Shown here piece by piece: positions 1 to 9,293 of a stretch of DNA of 64,000 bases. A model generated the notes under the pieces. That model was given only the letters and a program-made list of their open reading frames with translations. It was not told the origin of the DNA and did not search any database. Each line of letters starts with the position of its first letter. Positions within the stretch are counted from its first letter, which is position 1. The position numbers and the translations under genes are program-made. Location of the stretch: NCBI GenBank assembly GCA_964247055.1, contig OZ176056.1:8618001-8682000 (forward strand). The letters run 5' to 3'. Origin of the DNA: Paragordius varius. Taxonomy: Eukaryota; Animalia; Nematomorpha.

Positions 1-375
1 ATTCATACATACATAAATTCAAAAATTTGCTTCACAATACTAAATTCGGACAGGATGGTTCATTATATGCCTACTTTGTTTCGGAAAAGTTATGGCTTTT
101 TGAATGCGTTTAGTTGAAAATATTTTACATTTTTCAATGGATATCACAGAATTATGACAAACCAAAAACTTTAATTTGTTGTGGAAAGCAAATGTGAACT
201 TGATTCCGTATTAAATTTGGAAATTAACTCAAATTGTATGGATCTTGCAGTGAGTAGCAAATATAATTGTTTATTGCGTTCTATTTTGGACTTTATATAA
301 GGATTGTTTTCTTCAAAAAACTTAAAATATATACGCAAATTTTTATATATTTTTTTGTTTTGAGTATTATTTTAG

Positions 376-510
376 ACTTTATAACAAAACTATCAACACA
401 TAACATTACAAGAATTTTCCGGGTGTGTTTAAGCTGGTTTATTACCTCGGTCTAAAGATGTCATTTTACTGGCAGATCTTGTGGATTCGTGTAAACCTGG
501 AGATGATATT
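376..510 (+). pseudogene. MCM2: Decayed single exon of MCM2 (replicative helicase subunit, OB-fold region)
   Basis: A 135-nt block bounded by TTTTAG and GTAAC translates [43 protein letters not shown]. This matches the MCM2 segment I recall as [45 protein letters not shown]. Two in-frame stops. Confidence 0.88.
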
Positions 511-1010
511 GTAACAATTTTTTTTGTTTTCTTATGTAATTAACACATAATTCACATACACATAACATCATTTTTAAATATCTTTAACTGTTTTCTATCA
601 GGTTTTTTTTAATTAAGCTTCAAATATTATATAATTAATCATACACACAATGCACACAATATTCTGTTGGATATAAATATTCTAATAAAATAGGTCAAAA
701 ATTAATAGGTTGCTTTTAATTTCGGGACGAATCATCTCAAAATTCCAAATTATCCCCATTTTTTTATAATATTTTTAGGATAACAAAAACTCTTTATATA
801 TAATATATATATATATAGGATAAACTTAAAAGAATTGATTAAGTTTAATTGGGACTTTTGTAGATATTAAGTTTTTATACCACTGAATAGGTCATCTAAT
901 GGTAACAAAGTGATAAGAAGCACTATATGAAATTATATGTGATTAGAATTTCAAAATAGGTTATTTTAGATATATTTTGATCAAATTTTAAACGAAACAT
1001 TTGGTATTTA

Positions 1011-1660
1011 ATGTCCACAGGGCATATTCTTGGGTTCTGCGCCAACAGTAGTCGATTAATTAACTTGCGACATCATAATATAGTGGGTCACATAAAACAA
1101 AACCTCCCATCCAATGCACGACTAATATCCGAAAATCAAGCGCTGGACTCGTCAGGATTACGACCCGATCTCGTGGTGGCCCAACAAATGCCTTATCATC
1201 GATCCAACTGTCACCCACGAGAACGGGCCCAAAGCCCTAGATGAAGCACATAATATTAAGATAGAGAAGTATCGTCACCTCACAGTCTCACTTTCCGGCC
1301 AATTTGACGAGGTTTATATCATTTCAATCGTCGTGGGCGTACTTGGATCATGGCACCCCAAAAACAAAAGATTATTCGAAAACATTAATATGAAAAATAA
1401 GGCTGAGATGAGAAAGGATATAGTCATCGAAACCATCAAATTTTCCTAATATATTCTTTGAATTTACCAGTGGTAGAAACTATATCCCCTCCTTCCCGGA
1501 AACATCCACGTCCAACCTCATCCCACAGTCCCACTGCACATCCGTAACACAATAAGGCTCAATTTGTATCAATATATCAATTCTGTCCATATGATCACCT
1601 ATATTTCTTTTTAACAATGTTTTTTATATTCCTTCAATTTTTATTTTTATCAAAATAAAT
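1011..1660 (+). mobile_element. 5'-truncated non-LTR retrotransposon 3' end with a restriction-like endonuclease (RLE) domain, R2/R4/NeSL-type; inactive
   Basis: GHILGFC...RHHNI (second half of the CCHC knuckle) and RPDLVV. After a frameshift near 1180 it reads KCLIIDPTVTHENG..ALDEAHNIKIEKY...IVVGVLGSWHPKN, the PD-(D/E)xK RLE pattern. Two premature stops precede TAG at 1474-1476, followed by a C-rich 3' UTR and AATAAA at 1654. Confidence 0.88.
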
Positions 1661-3576
1661 ACACAAATCAAATTAAATACCCAAATAGTTAGAATTGAAA
1701 AGTCAAAGGTTAAATATATTGTTCTGCTTTCGAAAAATATTTTATGTTATAGTTTTAGGTTTTGTCATGTATATTTTCAATCTTTACAGTAAATAGGGTT
1801 AGAAATATAGAGATAAAAATTCCTTTGTGTACAATATATTAGGAGGATTAACAAAATTAAAAAATACACACTCCCAGAAATCGAGATCGAATACATATTG
1901 CCAAACGTGTGTTGAATATATAACCGAATTAAAAAATTATGCCAATACTACTCTAATGGTTTTTTTAGGATGCCTTAACCCATAGCAATCTTCAAAATAA
2001 AAATGACGCCATCTTACCATTTATAAACCCCGGGGAGAACAGTAACAAACGCAAAAGATAAAAAGATCCAAGTGACCCTATTGGTGACATTTAAAGCGCA
2101 TGAATTACTAATTGCAAAAATATTAAGGATTAAACATTCTCGGCTAAAGCCGCTTTAAACTAATCTTATCAAATAACAAAGAATTAACATTTAAAATCAA
2201 ACAGAAGTAGGTTGGCGATGAATTCCTACATTTGGTTCACAAATACTTAAAAGACGTTGGGAATTAAAACAACTGGTGATTTTACTATGTAAATAATACA
2301 TATAAAAATAAATGAATACCAACAATATAACATTTTTTACTACTCATACATTACTTTCGGCAATTTTGAATTAATAATGATATTGATATCTAAATTACAT
2401 CAAAATACATACGTTTAAAATTATAAGTATAATAAAAAAATCAAAGCTTATTTAAACTGTATTACATGCAATTATTAAAGAATATACTGCTTTGCAGGAA
2501 TGTATCCATCTTGCTAAAATGTAGTTATGAATATTTTTAACGGACATTATTATAATTTGCAAATATTTATTTAATTTTTTCATTTTTTAAACATCATTTG
2601 ATAAAATTATTAAAGCCCAACACTAAATTAATAACCAGAAATAATTAAAACATATTATTTATCAATTAGATTGGATAAGCATTTTCAAAAAAAGTAATGT
2701 TTTTCCACTGTTTGGCACATTCCTTTATCAAGGTATCACCGATCTTATACGATGCCAAAGTTGTGCCAGATATTTTGAACTGATATTGATTAACACTGCG
2801 GTTAAGAGCGGTCAATTTGTTGCAGGCATCATTAAAGTATTCATTGTCTTGTATATTATATATATATATATATATATGTTAACCTCGCTCTCATAATCAA
2901 ATGCTCAATTCCTTAAAAAATCCTATATCTTGTTTTCTTAACTATCAGAAAAATTATTTGAATAATACATTTAAAATTAATTAGTTTGCTTATATGAAGG
3001 TATACACTTCAAACTAGCATATATCTTAAAACTATTCTCATGAACCTTAAATTATAAGATAAGAAAGACAACGCGTAAAATTATTTTCCACATAAATTGC
3101 TTTTACAAGATTTATATAACATATAATATGTTAATATTGTAATTGATAAACGAGTGTGAATAAAGTAATAATGATAAAAAAAATTGACACCACCCGACAA
3201 CTTAACAATTAAATGGTATAGAAGTTCAAAACTTAAAATATATAATTTAGTGCAGGTGAACCTAAGAGTCGCAATCAGCTCTTTTTGAAACCGTTTTAAA
3301 CTTAAAAATCCAAAATTAGAGACCAACCGTTTCAGGAGGCCATAACATTTAGGAAAAAAAAGTTTTTATAACTTTGGGGGAAAATTAAAAACTTCTAAAA
3401 AAGATTGAGAACTACTGCAGCGAAAAATGAAACGGTCCAGCAAAATGGTCGGTGTCAGAATTTAATAAAGGAGCACTAAATGACCAACCTGCATTTAATA
3501 ATTATTTTAAAATCTTACTAATAGAAGAAGAAACAAATATTAGCATCTTAGAAGTTATACTATAAAATGTCATTGG

Positions 3577-3816
3577 TATATACCATTTACCTTAAATTCA
3601 CCCTTAAACAATTCAAATTTACCCTATAAATATTCAAAAAATTAAATTACCTATATTTTTAAATATTTAAAAAAAATAAAATTTTTGGAAAAAATAATAT
3701 AGCCATAAAGATATATTCCATATGATTAATGATTTATATTAGCCCAAAAACACCTAATTTATTTGTAGGATGAATTTGAATTGTTCAAGGGTGAATTTGA
3801 TGATCTTAATGGTATA
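3577..3816. mobile_element. MITE-like element with ~50 bp imperfect terminal inverted repeats
   Basis: TACCATTTACCTTAAATTCACCCTTAAACAATTCAAATTTACCCTA (3581-3626) is the imperfect reverse complement of TAGGATGAATTTGAATTGTTCAAGGGTGAATTTG..TAATGGTA (3766-3814). No TSD resolved. The unit-3 copy is interrupted by the LINE. Confidence 0.55.
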
Positions 3817-3929
3817 AAAAATATCATTCTTTAATGTATATATCTTTATTAAAAAATGTATTAGGGAGGGTTCTTTTAGTTTTAAGGCTTATAATAAAAA
3901 ATTTATTTGCATTTATTATGGTAATTGGT

Positions 3930-4505
3930 GGATATCTTACAGTAAAAACTGTAATTATAACGTACAAAAAGTAAAAATATAAATAATTTTTTTCCAAGCC
4001 ACCCTACTTTTGAAAATTTAATTTTTTTCCACATAATTATATATTTGCAATTATAAATATATAACCGATTGTGCTACTAATGTACATCTCTATTTCATAT
4101 TTCACAATATCTAACAATGATTCAAATTTACAGTAAAAACTGAAATTACACGAAAAAAAAAGTAAAAATATAAAGACAAATATTTTTTTCTAAAAGACAA
4201 CTATACTTTTGAAATCTTATTTTATATAAATCATTGGAATTGTAAAATATGAAATAGAGATATAAGGTAACACTATCCATTATATATTTTTTGATTATAA
4301 TTAAATAATTTATATAGAAAAGTCTAAGGTTTAAAAAAGTATGATTGTCTTTTGAAAAGAATAATTATCTTTATGTATTTACGTTGAGTCCGTATAATTC
4401 AATTTTACTGTAAAAAATTGCGATTGAGCAAGTATGGTTGTCTCTTAAAAAAATATTTATCTTTATATTTTACATCCGTATAATTTCAATTACTGTAAAA
4501 TCGTG
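3930..4505. repeat. Foldback-like block: two direct copies of a ~90 bp motif followed by two inverted copies
   Basis: TTACAGTAAAAACTG...AAGTAAAAATATAAA...TACTTTTGAAA at ~3937 and ~4128. Reverse-complement versions AAGTATG(A/G)TTGTCT...TACTGTAAAA at ~4337-4415 and ~4430-4500. Confidence 0.65.
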
Positions 4506-4745
4506 GAAGTAGCGCACATTATGTTTTGTAAAATATTTTCAGTAAAAATTAATGCCCAAAATAAAATATATTGTAACTATATCTGATCAAAATAACCCTT
4601 GTAAAAAATTTCATTTTTAATTGTACATTTTAATTTTTGCCCTACTAAAAAGGACTAGTTATCCTGAATTAAACGATGCCGAGATTTAGCAATCAAATTG
4701 AAAAACAATTTAGATCGAAAGTTCGGACAAATATTCGGGGCGAAC

Positions 4746-5055
4746 CTATAAATATCTATAGTTTCGGGAAAAATAAAATTAAAAATTATACCATTTGCAA
4801 GTTGGTCATTTAACAGTTCAAATTGGTTTTAACATTAAGTTTTAAAATACTTTTGCAAAACAACATTTCTAACAAAAAAATATTTTTAGATGATGATTTT
4901 GAATGCAAAAATATGTAATAAAAAACAGATTATAAGATAAATCAGTATGTAAATTATGGTAAGCAAAAATGTTTAACCAATTTGAATTGTTAAATGACCA
5001 ACTTGAGCAAATGGTATTAACTTTTTTATTTCATCCGAAACTATAGAATTTATAA
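4746..5055. mobile_element. MITE-like element with ~90 bp imperfect inverted arms
   Basis: CTATAGTTTCGG..ATACCATTTGCAAGTTGGTCATTTTAACAGTTCAAATTGGTT versus AACCAATTTGAATTGTTAAATGACCAACTTGAGCAAATGGTAT..CCGAAACTATAG. Confidence 0.6.
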
Positions 5056-5629
5056 ATTTAAATACTAATGTGAACCATTGATCTCAATTGTTAAAATAAA
5101 AAAATTTATGCAAAATTTTCTTAAAAATATTTTTTCCACAAATATCTCAAAACCATAAAACTCATCCAGTTAATAAAATAAAACTTTTGAATAATAAATT
5201 ATAAATGATTGTGTAGCATCAAAAAATTGTCATTCGATTGTTTGTAAATATAATCCTATTTAGTGAAACGTAAATAAATGATAACTACTTCCGCTTTGTG
5301 CAAATTTGGTAAAAAAATGTTTTTATATAAAGGTTAAAAAAATTTGAGATGTGTTGGTTAAAAACTTGGTAAATTATGATAATTAAAATTGAAAACCCAT
5401 ACCACAATTATTTAATTATTTGATGGTAAAGTGCGTCGGTTTAAATCCTGTAGCTCCAAGAACTCTATGAAAAATTTCAGAATTTGATAAGTTTTACATT
5501 TGCAACTCCTTGCATTTTAAAAAAAAATAATCAAATATAAACTGTTATGACCTTTAAATGGGTCATTTTTTGTATTTTTAAAATAATAATTATTAAATGC
5601 CTATTTTTGAATTAATTTTTTAAAAAACC

Positions 5630-5690
5630 AGCGCCCCTTCAACTATGGGGCCCGGTGCTTCAGCCCCCTTTCTCCCCGATCTAGCTACAA
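5630..5690. other. Small GC island resembling a DNA-transposon terminal region
   Basis: CAGCGCCCCTTCAACTATGGGGCCCGGTGCTTCAGCCCCCTTTCTCCCCGATCTAGCTACA sits in otherwise AT-rich DNA. No partner end found. Confidence 0.25.
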
Positions 5691-5730
5691 CATTTTTCCA
5701 AGTATTTCCGCATATACCTGAAACTTTTAG

Positions 5731-6798
5731 CTATCGAATGATATATGATTCTTAAAGAAATTTTTGATTGCCATTTTCGGCAAAGAAAGTTAAAAAACAT
5801 AAACATTTATATATATTATATGACATACGTCCCAAGTCAATGAGCAGTGTTTTAGTCCGGTTTTTGGAAAGATTTTCCCAGCCTGATATATTTTTAAGTC
5901 CCGAATGGTAGGCTGAGAAGTAATGTAATGCTGGTAAATTGGACAACTCTGAAATATTTAATGAATCAAATCGATTGAAATTCAAAATTATTTGTTCAAT
6001 TGATTCATTATATGCAACGTTTGTAAAGTCAACGGAGGTGATATTACTTTTATGGATAATAAGGGTTTTTAAATGGGGCCATTTTACAATCGGTTTCAAG
6101 TCTCGCAACCCCCAAACATATAATTCTAAAAATTCAATATTATTTGATTTCATAAATATGTCGGGAGTAACCGTAAAAAAGGTGAGGGTCAAAGATTTTA
6201 GGGTTTTAGGGAAATATTGTGCAGAGTTTATTATGTTTGTATCACGACGACTCATAGATCTGCCTTTTATGGTTAAGGAGCGAATCATAGGGAATTTTTG
6301 CAATATGTCAGATAAATCATAATGATCTTCCGACGCGTACAAAATCACTTCTTTCGCGTTTAAATTTTTAGCACCAAAAGTTTTTGCGTATGATTTCACC
6401 TCAAGAGTTTCCAATCTAGGCAAATAAGCTTGCATGGCACTATCATTTGTTGCGTATAGAGTTAATCTCTTATGCTTGAGTGATTAATATGACCTACCAA
6501 ACTAACTTTTTCAAGGTATAAAGTTACGTTTTGCAACATTGGAAAGAGATGTAAGATGGTCCAATTGAAATCTTTCCCAAAACCTAATATTTTAAGATCA
6601 ATCGATTCAACCATTGTATGTGTCGAAGACAATACCTTTAACAACTCATATGTATGATTAATATTTGCATCGTAATCTCGATTGGATATTTTAATATTCC
6701 GTAAAGTCAATCCCTCATTCAAAATGTATTGCGTTGGTGGATAGCACTTGAATGTACTGGTCATTTAGAACAAAAAGATTTATAATTTTAAACATCAT
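5731..6798 (-). pseudogene. Single-exon leucine-rich-repeat protein gene, probably secreted or surface-located; frameshifted
   Basis: ORFs 6462-6764 and 5752-6435 join by a 1-nt frameshift. LRR-like units: LFPMLQNVTLYL, YLPRLETLEV, KFPMIRSLTIKG, FPKTLKSLTL, WPHLKTLIIHKSNITSV, IEQIILNFNRFDSL, LSNLPALHYFSAYHSGLKNI. An LRRCT-like NIYKCLCFL motif follows. A hydrophobic MMFKIINLFVL start lies 1 nt out of frame. Confidence 0.7.
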
Positions 6799-7129
6799 GT
6801 AAATGGTTCATCTGATTTATATGAAGTTGTGAGTCACATGTGTTAATTTTAATTCTTCGACTGTGCATAGCAAAATAGATAATAAACAGAGCAAAATATT
6901 TATATATGCTAAGCAATTTGGCTGTTTTAAAATATAAAGATTGCATCTAATTTTAACATAACGTAAATAGTATAGTCTAAATTCTTTAAATATAAGGCTT
7001 AAAATGCGGCCTCCGTTTTATAAAGTTGCGACCGTAAATATTATCCCGTCAGCAGACAGAACCGTCAATAATTCAAATATAATTGATTGAAAGCAACTAT
7101 GATCGCAATCAGAAAAATATTTATAAGTA

Positions 7130-7737
7130 AAGGGTGGTGAGAAACTCATATTCGAAGGCTTGAGGCCTTCTTCTCAAATGGCAACAAGGGATGGGGACAT
7201 GAATGAAACCAAGCAGCAAGGATTGCCGGATTGAAGGATTACGAGGTAAATATATTGTGGTGTATTGGGAGAAACTTTATTGGGGAGGCGTTCACGACGG
7301 AGCTGTGCAAAGGAGCTACCCAACCAGAAGCCCTGAATCGAGGTCCTGGACTTGGGAATGGCCTATCAATGGGATGACATATGGAAAAGAGGTAAACCTA
7401 ATGTTTAGGTGGGATGGATGGCTTTTTGGGGATTCTTGAGACGGAGCTTGTCAAGCCAGCACTACCCCTGATGATCAAAACAAGGCACTTGGGAGCAGGC
7501 TTGGTTGTTGGATGGCGACTTGCTCGGATCAAACAACACTGCTACTTGGAGGATGGCATTCTGTTGAATGCACAACTCTCATTTTACTTGTGGAGAGTTT
7601 TTGGGCCAAATGACTCTCTAGTGGGAGAATATTTCCTCCTTTGGGGAAATCAACTCTTGTTATTTTGAGAGAGTTGTTTTCTCCAAACGTGTGAAGGAGG
7701 AGGATTTATTTCTCCCATTAGAGAGTGAGTCTGGTCC
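7130..7737. other. GC-rich segment of unknown origin (copies at ~28555-29150 and ~54206-54800)
   Basis: Abrupt compositional shift with a G-rich plus strand. The short ORFs 7203-7439 and 7414-7668 resemble nothing I recognise and are disrupted differently between units. Confidence 0.5.
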
Positions 7738-7803
7738 CTAAGTCCAAAATTTTATTTTGTGCACTCTTACTCCCGGACGCTCAAAATAAAATTTTGGACT
7801 TAG
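7738..7803. repeat. 66-bp hairpin: 25-bp inverted arms, 16-nt spacer
   Basis: CTAAGTCCAAAATTTTATTTTGTGC-ACTCTTACTCCCGGAC-GCTCAAAATAAAATTTTGGACTTAG; one mismatch. Confidence 0.9.
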
Positions 7804-8759
7804 AATATTTTTTAATTTTTTTTCTCGCCCTTTGGGGGGGGGGGGTATATATATTTATTTATATTTTTTAATTTTTTTCAAAAAATATAAGATAAAGTAA
7901 ACATTATTTATTGACAATAATTATATATATTCATTTTTCTGTTTAACGTTTTGAGATTATGGTTTGATTGCATTCGTATTTTTGTTATTCATGATCAACG
8001 TTTTAAGATGGTTTCATTGCATTATTCATGTATTTTCTGAATCTATAAAAATTAATAAACATTAGTTTTAGAGATTAAATTTTCAATGTTATCATAACCT
8101 AATTTAAACTAGTAAATCAAATTTTTAATAATTTTTACAATTATTGTCAATTAATTAGCATCTAGAAATTATTAGGAGGTTTAGAGCACTTATTTTTTAT
8201 AAATTTTGACGTATGAGCCATTTATTTATCTAATAAAATCTTTATTTTAAGATTTAGAGATATTAGCTGTAAACTAACTAATTTTAGCGGTTAATATTCA
8301 ATATTAATTCTAAAATCACAATGATTAAAAATTTATTAAAGATGATAAACCTATCCTTAATCTAAGAAATAAACCGACTTTAACCCTTAATCTAAGCCTA
8401 ACCCACAAGTTTGAAAGCCTTTCATTGTTAACCTAAACCGCAATAAAATGAGTTTCAAAAAAATATTTTTATTCTTTTGAATAAAATAATATCAGCTATT
8501 TACAAAAAAATAACTGTTTATAAATATGATCTTCTATTAATTTTGTGGTTTTTAAATAATATTCAGACATATGCGGACTCTTTTACTTAGATATCAAATA
8601 TCATAAAACAAACATAGTGTTAGGGTCAAAACAAATTTAGGAAGGCAATAATATCCTACCTATTATAAAATTATTTATTCAATGATTAAAAAACAAGTAT
8701 TTCATTCAATAATTAACTACAATGGGATTAAATAATTCCTCTTATCAATTAATTAAAAA

Positions 8760-8872
8760 GAAATGCGTGGGTCTCGGCCTGCTTCGCAGCCCGAGGAAGT
8801 CCTGCGGACTTCTTTAAGGAAATGAACCAACTCCAATCCCTCACCCTAACCCTAGCCCACAAACTCGAAACC
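8760..8872 (-). mobile_element. ~115 bp interspersed element with a telomere-like G-tract and a double hairpin (G-rich strand is minus here)
   Basis: Near-identical inverted copy at 19710-19825 in different flanks. Hairpins at 8773-8795 and 8796-8812; CCCTCACCCTAACCCTAGCCC at 8838-8858. Confidence 0.75.
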
Positions 8873-9136
8873 CTAAAAGTTTTTTACCCCTTATTGTAAA
8901 ATAAATTTTTGCTAAATACCTTAAAATCCCTACCATTAAAAAGCCATTGATCATGTGTTTAGTATGTTTATTACATGTAAACCATAAAATAAAACAGTTT
9001 AATTAGCAATGTTTACTAGAAATCAAGAGAAAAGGCCATTCATTAAAAGCAAAAATATTTTAAGAATAAATGATCAAGAACTATTACATGAAAACGAACA
9101 TAATAGAAAGCATTTTCAATTACAATATCCATTTAA

Positions 9137-9293
9137 ATGGTTGCTTATTTCATACCATAGTAGGGCAATTCTCAACACAGTAGTGTATGGAAAAACCATA
9201 CAAAGACTTCAATAAACCATTATTTTCTTCCTTTTTTCCATACAGTACTGTTGTGTTGCAATTTGCCTTACTATTATAGAAATAAGCAACCAT
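9137..9293. mobile_element. MITE-like element with ~60 bp inverted arms, flanked by TAA on both sides
   Basis: ATGGTTGCTTATTTCATACCATAGTAGGGCAATTCTCAACACAGTAGTGTATGGAAAAA versus TTTTTCCATACAGTACTGTTGTGTTGCAATTTGCCTTACTATTATAGAAATAAGCAACCAT. TAA at 9134-9136 and 9294-9296 may be a TSD or part of the arms. Confidence 0.6.

Noticed and set aside
267-455. ORF 267-455 and its copies (21650-21931, 44490-44747) as genes
   Set aside because: Low-complexity F/I/Y/K translation of AT-rich intron-like DNA overlapping the MCM2 exon out of frame; starts and ends differ between units.
376-510. Reassigned stop codons (TAA read as an amino acid)
   Set aside because: The two TAA align to different residue types (Tyr and a small residue). 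Units 2/3 also have TGA at a conserved Arg and unit 3 has a frameshift, so pseudogene decay is the simpler explanation.
1969-2288. Possible AG/GT-bounded pseudo-exon (DALTHSNLQNKNDAILPFINPGE...)
   Set aside because: Seven stops in ~106 codons is about what random AT-rich DNA gives, the acceptor differs in units 2/3, and I see no recognisable motif.
7130-7737. rRNA or tRNA fragment as the source of the GC-rich segment
   Set aside because: I recognise no conserved SSU/LSU/5S signature and no cloverleaf or A/B boxes.
8838-8858. Telomere or chromosome end
   Set aside because: Only about four degenerate TTAGGG-like units, embedded in an interspersed element found in both orientations.
9009-9215. 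68-aa ORF repeated five times in the window
   Set aside because: Its persistence reflects recent duplication; its 3' half is one arm of a MITE-like inverted repeat and it has no recognisable domain.
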